Part shown: one piece after another, positions 51,972 through 59,924 of the stretch | Position numbering within the stretch: the stretch's first letter is position 1 | Layout: each line of letters begins with the position of its first letter | From: a virus | Taxonomy: Duplodnaviria > Caudoviricetes | Length of the DNA: 64,000 bases | IMG/VR virus record: IMGVR_UViG_3300031760_000010 | Coordinates: 1-64,000 of that record | Direction: 5' to 3' (one strand) | Notes under the pieces: generated by a model | The model's input: the letters and a program-made list of their open reading frames with translations, nothing else | The model's database searches: none | What the model was told of the DNA's origin: nothing | Position numbers and translations under genes: made by a program

Positions 51972-52190
51972 GAAAAAAATTGGTTTTTTCTAGTCTTGAT
52001 TGATAGTTATAGTGTAAGGATTGATTGAGAATGACATAGAAATATGTCATTAGAAAAAACCAAAGATAATTCTATGTTTTTTCAAACATGGAATTATTTT
52101 TCAAATTTTTTTGAAAAAAATTGGTTTTTTCTAGTCTTGATTGATAGTTATAGTGTAAGGATTGATTGAGAATGACATAGAAATATGTCA
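51965..52190 (+). repeat. Perfect 85-bp direct repeat (51965-52049 and 52106-52190)
   Basis: Identical copies 141 nt apart, each ending in a TGACATA-GAAA-TATGTCA hairpin. Confidence 0.95.
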
Positions 52191-52617
52191 ATCATTCATT
52201 CACTTGCAAGTGCGGTTAGTTAGAGTCGCAACCGCTTTTCCGAATGACTTAAAATGGACTTTGTGAATGAACGGTTGACATTGGGAAGTGTCAAATCCTC
52301 ATCAATCTGCGCACACCGCATGGTTAGAGCGAGTCTCGGCGGACAGGGGCGAAGCTCAGACGAATCTAGCCAGACTTTGGATGACCGTCTTAAAATGTCA
52401 CCCCGCTTGTTACCGCAGACGTTAAGGCGGTAACCGCCAAACCCGGCAGGCTGTAGAAATGTTCCGGGTTGCTTTTCGGTGGATCGTTGACCCTGAGAGG
52501 AGTCTCTCAGGAACCGATGAACGTCTTCTTAGTCTTGCACCCTTGCAAATTCTAGGGCATAGTTCTAGGACTTGCAAGGATGCAAGACTGCATCCTAAAA
52601 ATAATATTTTTAGGAGG
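52158..52617 (+). ncRNA. Candidate large structured RNA / 5' leader (~460 nt)
   Basis: No credible ORF. At least ten stems and a 7-bp pseudoknot visible by eye (see findings). Confidence 0.6.
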
Positions 52618-52624
52618 TCATATT

Positions 52625-53584
52625 ATGACGTACAACAACATGAAGAAGGCTGAGCTTGTGAACCTGTGCAAAGAGCGGAATCTTCCCAGTAATGGCAAGG
52701 TTGCCACGCTGATTGAGCGCTTGGAGACTGCAGACCGTAAGGCTGCTGAAGCTGCCAACGCCGGGATTGGCGTTGGAGCGAACTCCAAGAAGTCCTATGC
52801 CGTGAACGCGATGCGTCCGGCAATCGTGGCGGCAAATGAGGCGAATAATCGCCGCGCCATCACTAAGGACGACGCCGCAGAAGCGGGCGTAGACGAGGAA
52901 CGCTGGCAGGAATGGAAAAAGTGGTGTGCAGATCTCCACGAGATCGTTTCCACCTACGTGGAGGCAAAACGCTCCAGATCTGCATCTTCTGCATCTACTG
53001 AGATGCGCCAGACGTACCGCCAGAAGATCTACCCGGCATGGAGAACCATGCTGAAGGTAGGGGAGGAAAACATTTTTTCGCCGAAGATGTACCTGCGAGA
53101 GGATGACGTAGAGTCCCTGATCGGATTCTGCGAAGACTTCGTGGGGACTGCAATGGGAACTGAGCAGGCCAACGCAACCGAAGGGAAGTTCCGCAAGTTG
53201 GTGGAGACCCTGATCGGTTGCCGCATTAAGGGATGTGAGACGCTTCCTGCAAAGGATCGCGATCTGATCATCCTGTACGAGAGCGCTCTGCGCTCCAAAG
53301 AGAAGGCTGAGAAGGCACTGAACGGAGACGGAAAGAATATCGTGGGTATCATCCGCGAACTGCAGGCTGCTGAAGTGCAGACTGAGAAATTCGTAACGTC
53401 TCTGCGGGAACTGGGACTGACCGAAGAGCGCATCGCCGAGGTGACGGCGCCGTTCTACGTGAAGGTAAAGGATCTGAAGGAAGCTAAGAAGCGTTCGGAA
53501 AAGGCTCTGAAGAAGGCCGAAGAGACGATCGCCGCGAAGAAAAATGCGGCGCAGGAGATCTACGATCGCATCAAGAGCCGCTAA
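52625..53584 (+). CDS. SAP/HeH-domain protein with C-terminal coiled coil
   Basis: 'YNNMKKAELVNLCKERNLPSNGKVATLIERLE' matches the SAP domain consensus. ATG 52625 after AGGAGG. Confidence 0.75.
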   Translation: MTYNNMKKAELVNLCKERNLPSNGKVATLIERLETADRKAAEAANAGIGVGANSKKSYAVNAMRPAIVAANEANNRRAITKDDAAEAGVDEERWQEWKKWCADLHEIVSTYVEAKRSRSASSASTEMRQTYRQKIYPAWRTMLKVGEENIFSPKMYLREDDVESLIGFCEDFVGTAMGTEQANATEGKFRKLVETLIGCRIKGCETLPAKDRDLIILYESALRSKEKAEKALNGDGKNIVGIIRELQAAEVQTEKFVTSLRELGLTEERIAEVTAPFYVKVKDLKEAKKRSEKALKKAEETIAAKKNAAQEIYDRIKSR

Positions 53585-53593
53585 ATTAAAACC

Positions 53594-53617
53594 GGGGAGG
53601 TGAAATACCTCCCCTTT
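53594..53617 (+). terminator. Hairpin / weak terminator after the SAP gene
   Basis: GGGGAGGT-GAAAT-ACCTCCCC followed by TTTAT. Confidence 0.6.
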
Positions 53618-53619
53618 AT

Positions 53620-53672
53620 GGACTCATGTGCAAGCCTCCCCGTGGCGAGTCTGGATTCGAACCGATTGCACA
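53620..53672 (+). ncRNA. Minimal HDV-like self-cleaving ribozyme #1
   Basis: P1 GGACUC/GAGUCU with G1-U wobble, P2 UGUGCAA/UUGCACA, P3 GCC/GGC, L3 UCCCCGU, P1.1 GG-CC, vestigial P4, J4/2 CCGA. Confidence 0.8.
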
Positions 53673-53719
53673 AGAAGGGAACCTTATGGTATAATGCTCT
53701 GAGGTAAAGGAGGGTTATT

Positions 53720-53872
53720 ATGCACACAGTATCTGTTTTCTATGACGGAGAGTGGTTGACGTATGAAAACTGCAGCCCGCTCACCACACTTTGCATGATT
53801 AACGACGCTTTAGCGCAGGGGCTGCGTGTAAAGCGTGACGGCAAAGAGATCGTAGAATCTTCTTACACTTGA
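53720..53872 (+). CDS. Small hypothetical protein (50 aa) between the two ribozymes
   Basis: Not in the ORF track. MHTVSVFYDGEWLTYENC...ESSYT* with RBS AAGGAGG and an upstream TGGTATAAT extended -10. Confidence 0.7.
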   Translation: MHTVSVFYDGEWLTYENCSPLTTLCMINDALAQGLRVKRDGKEIVESSYT

Positions 53873-53884
53873 AACGACCAATGT

Positions 53885-53950
53885 GTCCCCAAAAGGGAAG
53901 CGTCCACGTCGCGGGGGATGGGCAACGGGAATTATCCCGGCTGATTTCCT
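53885..53950 (+). ncRNA. HDV-like self-cleaving ribozyme #2
   Basis: P1 GUCCCC/GGGGAU with G1-U, P2 AGGGAA/UUUCCU, P3 GCG/CGC, L3 UCCACGU, P1.1 GG, J1.1/4 GCAA, P4 CGGGA/UCCCG, J4/2 GCUGA (putative catalytic C53941). Confidence 0.85.
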
Positions 53951-53958
53951 AGAAGGAG

Positions 53959-54387
53959 GTGTGTCATATAGGCGAGAAAGGAAAAATACTATCCCTTTCC
54001 AATGAGGATCTTTTAGAGACGCTCCAGAAGAACAACCCGGAGTTACTCAAAAGTGCTTTATCCAAAATTGAGGAGGGCCTCCGTGAAGAATCGGAGGGGA
54101 CTTGTTTCGTGCCCGCCAAGGCAAAGGAATTTGAAAACCTATGCGTAGAGCTTAGGGAAATCGTTTCCGCCTTGGAGGGCGAAGTCATCGCCATTACTCC
54201 TATTGGGAGAAAATGTTTACGCCATTATATAGACGTATGCATCCCGGATGAGGCAGTAATGGATGCCGAAACGTTCCAGCGTTTTTTGGAATGTCTCAGG
54301 CATTTCAATTATTGCCATTGGAGTATTGAGGATGGCGATGACTTAATTACTCTGGGATTGTCCTTTAGTGGGATTTACCAGAAGTAG
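53959..54387 (+). CDS. Hypothetical protein
   Basis: About 140 aa. RBS position suggests an ATA start at 53968. Confidence 0.6.
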   Translation: MCHIGEKGKILSLSNEDLLETLQKNNPELLKSALSKIEEGLREESEGTCFVPAKAKEFENLCVELREIVSALEGEVIAITPIGRKCLRHYIDVCIPDEAVMDAETFQRFLECLRHFNYCHWSIEDGDDLITLGLSFSGIYQK

Positions 54388-54491
54388 GGTACGGAAATCA
54401 TTTTATTCCAGACTAGAACACAGGAGCTACGGAAACGAATTCCGACTCCTGTGTTTTAGTATGCAATAAAATGCAAAATAAGGAGGAACCA

Positions 54492-54734
54492 ATGGAAACT
54501 GAAACCAAGAAACTCACCGCAACCCGGCAAAAAGCTATTGCGACCGCAATAGCTTTATGCTATCCTGTTTCTGTGGTCTCCAAATTAACGGAGGCAACAA
54601 CGGAAACGGAAATCAATCGCATTATGACGACAGCCCGCCATGACGCGATCAAGGCAGACGAATTCCGGACACGTTCCCGGATCGTCTGCAACTTCAAGCC
54701 CCATTCTCGTGGGGTTGTGGTATTTGCAAGATAA
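54492..54734 (+). CDS. Hypothetical protein
   Basis: 80 aa, RBS AAGGAGG. Confidence 0.6.
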   Translation: METETKKLTATRQKAIATAIALCYPVSVVSKLTEATTETEINRIMTTARHDAIKADEFRTRSRIVCNFKPHSRGVVVFAR

Positions 54735-54772
54735 CGGAAACTAATGCACAAATTAAAATTAGGAGGGAAACT

Positions 54773-55381
54773 ATGTGCTACAATGGAAATTTTAACGTTT
54801 TATTCAACTCTGAGCAGTTCTGGGCAGAGTCCGAAATCTTCTGGGATCACGCAGATGACGGAGACCTTCTGGAGTGGCTTGCGCCGCGCCGAGAGAAGGA
54901 AAACGAGATGGACGCAATGGAAACACCTGCAAAGGTGATGTTCCGTGGTAACCGAAACAGCCAGTACCGCTATCGCGTGATGAAGCGCGAGAAGGCGAAA
55001 TACGGCAAGACAAAAGCAGATCGCCGTCAGGGACGGAAGGATTATCGCGACCTGTGCCGGGAGATGCACGAGTTCCGTGTATACAATGCCGGGGACAAAA
55101 AATCCCGGAAGGCAAAGGAGCAGTTCGCCTCCGCCCTGGGTGACGAATGGGACGTCACCCGGGGACAGGCAAACAACATTGCCGCAACGGAAGTTGTGGC
55201 CGAAGATTTTGTAGAGTCCCGGAAGGCAGAGCTGAAGGCAGTACAGGAAGAGATCCGTAAGGTAAACCTGAAGTGGTCCGATCTGCTGGGCCAGATGATG
55301 GCTCTGGAAGACGAACTCGCTGAACTCGCTCCCGGTTGGAAAGAGTGGGAAAGCTACAAAGCAAAGGAGGAACGGAGATGA
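54773..55381 (+). CDS. Hypothetical protein
   Basis: 202 aa, RBS AGGAGG, coiled-coil C-terminus. Confidence 0.65.
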   Translation: MCYNGNFNVLFNSEQFWAESEIFWDHADDGDLLEWLAPRREKENEMDAMETPAKVMFRGNRNSQYRYRVMKREKAKYGKTKADRRQGRKDYRDLCREMHEFRVYNAGDKKSRKAKEQFASALGDEWDVTRGQANNIAATEVVAEDFVESRKAELKAVQEEIRKVNLKWSDLLGQMMALEDELAELAPGWKEWESYKAKEERR

Positions 55382-55797
55382 AAAAACTCATCATCAGACT
55401 GGCTCTGATCGCCAGCCTTGCGTCTGCAACGGAAGCTACCGGGATCAGTCCCTATAGCTTCTACAAGAAGCTGGTCAAGAAACAGAAAATCGGTGTGGTA
55501 AGGGAATACTATACCGATAAATTGACAGGAGATATTCTTCGTAATCGCGGTGATGACATCATCGTGGAACGGATCATCGGCAAGGTAATTGACAACAAGG
55601 GCAATGGAAAAGTCCTTGGTGTTGAGGATTATGACTATATTTCCTACAACGGAGTCAATGGAATCTGCAAAGGAGATATAGTCATGACGGTGTGTATCTA
55701 CGCACCGAACAGTGACGGCGAAGATGATATAATTGAGCGGTTTGATTATATCATCGACCGAAAGGGAAAGAAGGTGAAAAACGCGAAGAATAAGTAA
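55378..55797 (+). CDS. Hypothetical secreted or membrane-anchored protein
   Basis: Signal-peptide-like N-terminus MKKLIIRLALIASLASA. Confidence 0.6.
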   Translation: MKKLIIRLALIASLASATEATGISPYSFYKKLVKKQKIGVVREYYTDKLTGDILRNRGDDIIVERIIGKVIDNKGNGKVLGVEDYDYISYNGVNGICKGDIVMTVCIYAPNSDGEDDIIERFDYIIDRKGKKVKNAKNK

Positions 55798-55812
55798 TAC
55801 ATAAATTAAAAC

Positions 55813-55906
55813 AAATCCTGCTCAGTACTGGTGTACCGCTAGTGAAACGAATGACGGAATAGCTTGCGTCTGGGTTCAATTCTCAGATGAGTGGTTCTGC
55901 GGATTT
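55813..55906 (+). ncRNA. tRNA-like element
   Basis: T-arm (T)CTGGG-TTCAATT-CTCAG(A), acceptor-like stem CTGCTCA/TGAGTGG, outer stem AAATCC/GGATTT. No canonical anticodon arm. Confidence 0.5.
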
Positions 55907-55932
55907 ATCGCAAAGCAAAGGAGGAATTATCC

Positions 55933-56142
55933 ATGAGCAGCAAGGAAAAGGAACTGAAAGAACTGGAGTGCTTCGAACAGTACTTCGACCCAAATCGCCA
56001 ACCTTTGGTTGACGAGTATTTCTGCAAGGTAACCCGAAGGGAGACGATCCTGCGGAAGATCAAGAACGCGATTCTTGATTTCATCTGCAATCCGTTTGTG
56101 CTGATGATGGCCGCTTTTGTGGGATGCATCATCTACGGCTAA
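55933..56142 (+). CDS. Small membrane protein
   Basis: 69 aa with a C-terminal hydrophobic helix, RBS AAGGAGG. Confidence 0.6.
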   Translation: MSSKEKELKELECFEQYFDPNRQPLVDEYFCKVTRRETILRKIKNAILDFICNPFVLMMAAFVGCIIYG

Positions 56143-56210
56143 TTACAACTTAATATTGGTAATATACAAAATAATAAACACATAGCCAACAAGGCAAAGG
56201 AGGAACAATT

Positions 56211-58175
56211 ATGTTCAACGTAGGCGACATTGTAACCGGTATTGATTCTAAGCAGTATTGCATTACGAACGATGCAGCGATCTGCAGAGTTATGGCGGTA
56301 GGGATCGCTGGAAATCCAGACAAAATCAAGGTAAAAGTTCTGGAACGAACCGATGGAGAGTATGAGGAGAGTGTCGGGGACATTTATCCGGTAGACGCCC
56401 GGCACTTCAAGTTGGTTGAGGGGTATCAGGTAGTAAGCGAGATCCCGGAACCTGAATATGATCTGACGCCAGTGTCGGATGAGATCATTGACCGAATCGC
56501 AAGTGAAATGGCAGTATTTTTTGATAAGTACGGTCATAGGCACTCCATGGAGGGTATCAGGGAAATCCTTCGGGTGTATCTGGAAAACAACATGCCGCTG
56601 ATCGGCATCCTGCGTCAGCATCCGAATTGGGATGAAGAAAAGCTGGCAATCGTGTTCTCCAAGGGATACGTCCGCAGCGTCCAGTATCAGCAGGTAGTGG
56701 AGTTTACTGACTGGTTTCTTGCGAAGAAAGTGGAGCAGATCAACGCAAACGAAGTCAAATACTGCGGTAAGTCTTACCGTTGGTGGATGAGCCAGTATCG
56801 CCAGTTAGACCGAGCTGTAGATTTCATAAGCAATCTTGAGAGTGGCTTTTCTGCTTCTATTTCGTTCAACGGAATGGAAATCGATCCCAGACAAGAAAAA
56901 AGATTTGCCAGAAAAGCAATCGAAAGTCTGGATAATTTCCCGACTGTTACGGGAAAATATGTAAACTATACTTACTTTGCGGATTACGACAAGGTAAAAT
57001 CTTTCCGCCAGGTACTTCTGAATTATTTCGGTCAGGAAGATCCGAGTACCATTTCTCCGGTAGCCACAAAGGAACTGACGGATAAAATTAACGAGATTTA
57101 TCCCGGTATGGCTGTAGAGGGACAGAAGATCTCCCGGATCGTAGGGAAAATCGGCAAGCTCCTTGGGTTCGATCAGATTAAGGAAAAGTGGAACGGTCGT
57201 GACTACGGTTGGAACAGACAGTTCGCCATGTTCGCAGATGCTATTAATCCACTGGAATATACAAAGTATACTCTCATTTCCTTAAATCCTATGGATTTCC
57301 TGACCGCCAGTTTTGGTCACGGTTGGGCGTCCTGCCAGACTCCTGATTACCAGAACTTAAGAAATTGTTCACATACTTACGAAGGCATGTACATGAGCGG
57401 TACTCTTAGCTACATGCTGGATGGGGTATCCATGGTATATTACACGGTAGATGCCGATTACAAGGGAGATGAGTTCTGGAAACAGGATAAATCACAGCGG
57501 TGCATGTTCCACTACGGAAACAACGTACTGGTTCAGGGCCGGGTTTATCCTGATGGCAGAGATGGTGGAGACGGAAGTCTTGCTTCTCAGTTCAGGGCGG
57601 TCATGCAGGAAGTAATTACTACCTGTACAGGGAAACCGAATCTGTGGACTCTAAAGAAGGGAAGTGGTTCTATCAGAGAATTTACAGAATCTCATGGTAC
57701 CCATTACAGAGATTACCAGCAGTATAATGATTGCACGATCTCTCTGCTCAAGGGATGTGAGCACAAGATAATCCATATTGGTCACAATCCGATCTGCCCG
57801 GAGTGTGGAAGGGAACACGAAATCTGTGGTCAGTTAACCTGTGATCGCTGTGGTCGTACAAAATACTGTAACCATTGCGGATGCGAGGTTGATCCTGATT
57901 TTGCAATCGAAATTGACGGCAACGTATTCTGCGACTCTGAATGTGCTGAAGCGTCTGGTTATGTGAATACTACCGATGACGGATGGCATGAAAGGGAAAG
58001 TTGCTTGTATGATGACCTGGAAGATGAATGGTACTGGGATTACGAAAGCAGTTACGTGGTAACGGAAGATGGTCATAGTTATATTGACGAAGACAACGCA
58101 AGGGAGGCTGGTTATGCCCAGAACGCAGATGGCGAATGGGTTGATGCTGCCAGTCTGAGCGAGGAGGCGGAATAA
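56211..58175 (+). CDS. Large hypothetical protein with Cys-rich C-terminal zinc-finger repeats
   Basis: 654 aa. Central 'SLNPMDFLTASFGHGWASC' and 'QGRVYP' motifs, multiple CxxC, acidic tail. Confidence 0.7.
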   Translation: MFNVGDIVTGIDSKQYCITNDAAICRVMAVGIAGNPDKIKVKVLERTDGEYEESVGDIYPVDARHFKLVEGYQVVSEIPEPEYDLTPVSDEIIDRIASEMAVFFDKYGHRHSMEGIREILRVYLENNMPLIGILRQHPNWDEEKLAIVFSKGYVRSVQYQQVVEFTDWFLAKKVEQINANEVKYCGKSYRWWMSQYRQLDRAVDFISNLESGFSASISFNGMEIDPRQEKRFARKAIESLDNFPTVTGKYVNYTYFADYDKVKSFRQVLLNYFGQEDPSTISPVATKELTDKINEIYPGMAVEGQKISRIVGKIGKLLGFDQIKEKWNGRDYGWNRQFAMFADAINPLEYTKYTLISLNPMDFLTASFGHGWASCQTPDYQNLRNCSHTYEGMYMSGTLSYMLDGVSMVYYTVDADYKGDEFWKQDKSQRCMFHYGNNVLVQGRVYPDGRDGGDGSLASQFRAVMQEVITTCTGKPNLWTLKKGSGSIREFTESHGTHYRDYQQYNDCTISLLKGCEHKIIHIGHNPICPECGREHEICGQLTCDRCGRTKYCNHCGCEVDPDFAIEIDGNVFCDSECAEASGYVNTTDDGWHERESCLYDDLEDEWYWDYESSYVVTEDGHSYIDEDNAREAGYAQNADGEWVDAASLSEEAE

Positions 58176-59182
58176 TGAAAAACAAATCTACATTCCCGGA
58201 ATTCATTGAGATCTGCAAGAAAACGGAAAAGGAATTGAAAGTATTCCTTGAAGGCGAACTGAAAAAGTATTATACGGAAGTCATCAACGCAAATGGCTTC
58301 CTGTATGCCAAAGCAAACAATTGTCCGGTGCTTCTCACAGCTCATATGGATACAGTTCACAAGGAAACGATCAAAGATTATTACGAGGACATTTCCTGTG
58401 GTCAGCATATGATTTCCTCACCTCAGGGAATTGGTGGTGATGATCGGTGTGGAATCTATATGATTCTGCGAATCCTTAAGGAAACGGATATGAGGCCGGC
58501 AGTACTGTTCTGCGAGCAGGAAGAGATCGGCGGTGTTGGTTCGAATAAGTTTTGTACGACCGAGCATCTGGAAGATATTAAGAAACTGAAGTTCTGTATT
58601 GGACTGGATCGTACCAATGCAAAAGACTTGGTATTCTATGATGATGACAATGAAGAGTTTCAGGATTTCTGCGAGAAGGTAACTGGATATAAAACTGCTT
58701 GGGGATCATTCAGTGATATCAGTCATATCTGCCCGGATGCAGGAGTATCTGGTGTGAATATCTCATGTGGATATTACAGAGCACATACAGTTCAGGAATA
58801 TGTCATCATGGAGGAGATGATTGAAAGCATCAGTAAGGTAAAGGAGTTAATGCAGGAGGCAAACAAAGAGGAAACTGAACAGTTCGAATTTGTCCAGACG
58901 CCGTACAAGGGATACCTTTGGGAACGCTATGATGCGTATGATGATTATTACAATCATAACTACAGTTATTATGGCAGATATTACGGGAACTATAACAAAT
59001 CCAAAGCACCTGTGAAAATGAATCCGGGATATGAACTGTATATCCAGTTTGTAGAGGAGGGAGTACACAAAGAAGATTGTATTGACGGAGTAAGTGAAAG
59101 CGACTGCTGGCTGACGTTTTTTCTGGATCATGCGTCTGTATGCTTTAATGATGTGTTAGATTGGGAGGGATACGACATCTAA
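58175..59182 (+). CDS. M20/M28-like zinc peptidase/hydrolase
   Basis: AHMDTV, GGDDRCG, EEIGG, SD and YYRAHT metal-binding motifs. Confidence 0.82.
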   Translation: MKNKSTFPEFIEICKKTEKELKVFLEGELKKYYTEVINANGFLYAKANNCPVLLTAHMDTVHKETIKDYYEDISCGQHMISSPQGIGGDDRCGIYMILRILKETDMRPAVLFCEQEEIGGVGSNKFCTTEHLEDIKKLKFCIGLDRTNAKDLVFYDDDNEEFQDFCEKVTGYKTAWGSFSDISHICPDAGVSGVNISCGYYRAHTVQEYVIMEEMIESISKVKELMQEANKEETEQFEFVQTPYKGYLWERYDAYDDYYNHNYSYYGRYYGNYNKSKAPVKMNPGYELYIQFVEEGVHKEDCIDGVSESDCWLTFFLDHASVCFNDVLDWEGYDI

Positions 59183-59290
59183 TATAGATACATAATACAA
59201 CCGAAATTAAAAATAGAAGTTTACAACAGAAAGCAAAAATAGGATTTGGAGAATTGTTTTAGAATTCATATATAAGAAAGGAGTAACATT

Positions 59291-59863
59291 ATGGCAACAA
59301 TGGAAACGACGACAGAGCATATCCGAGACAACATCTATAAAACTCTTATGTCTCCTATCTGGCAGATGGATAAAGTAGATAAATGCCCGCATAGAAAATG
59401 GAATGATTTGGTTATCTGCTATAGATATAAGATTGATGATGAACATTGTGCATTAATTACAAAGGAGATTGCGGACCAGCTTGAGATGACAGAAGAAGAT
59501 CTGTATCAGGGAAGCAAAACAGACCATGTCATGATACAGGGAATGTTTGATGTACTTACTGCTTATGGTTGTGAATACACTGGAGGTGCAAGTGAAAACT
59601 TTTTAGTGGTTAACCCTAATACTTTGCATGGTGCATCTAGTATTTTGAATGAAAAAGAATTTAAGGAAAAAGTCAAGGCAGATTGTTATCTGATTCCTTC
59701 TTCTATTCATGAATGGCTGTTATTAAATCCGGCTGTTATTGATACGGATTCTGTCAAAGAAATGGTTAAAAGTGTTAATAATTCTGAAGTCGATCCAAAA
59801 GACAGACTGAGTTATAACGTATATTGGTACGATGCTGTTAACGGTATGATTACGATTCTGTAA
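59291..59863 (+). CDS. DUF5688-like protein
   Basis: 'YLIPSSIHEWLL...EMVKSVN..EVDP.DRLS..VYWYD' pattern. Confidence 0.7.
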   Translation: MATMETTTEHIRDNIYKTLMSPIWQMDKVDKCPHRKWNDLVICYRYKIDDEHCALITKEIADQLEMTEEDLYQGSKTDHVMIQGMFDVLTAYGCEYTGGASENFLVVNPNTLHGASSILNEKEFKEKVKADCYLIPSSIHEWLLLNPAVIDTDSVKEMVKSVNNSEVDPKDRLSYNVYWYDAVNGMITIL

Positions 59864-59924
59864 GTAATAAAGCAAATAAATAATATCACACACATACATA
59901 TTTAATTATCAAGGAGGTCATATA

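Noticed and set aside
51965-52190. CRISPR array
   Set aside because: Only two 85-bp copies, no repeat-spacer series and no cas genes.
52490-52530. Hammerhead ribozyme around CTGAGAG
   Set aside because: It lacks the CUGANGA/GAAA core arrangement and is a simple hairpin.
52459-52653. 64-aa track ORF and the 52580 start of the SAP gene
   Set aside because: No RBS, and both overlap the structured RNA. ATG 52625 has a proper RBS.
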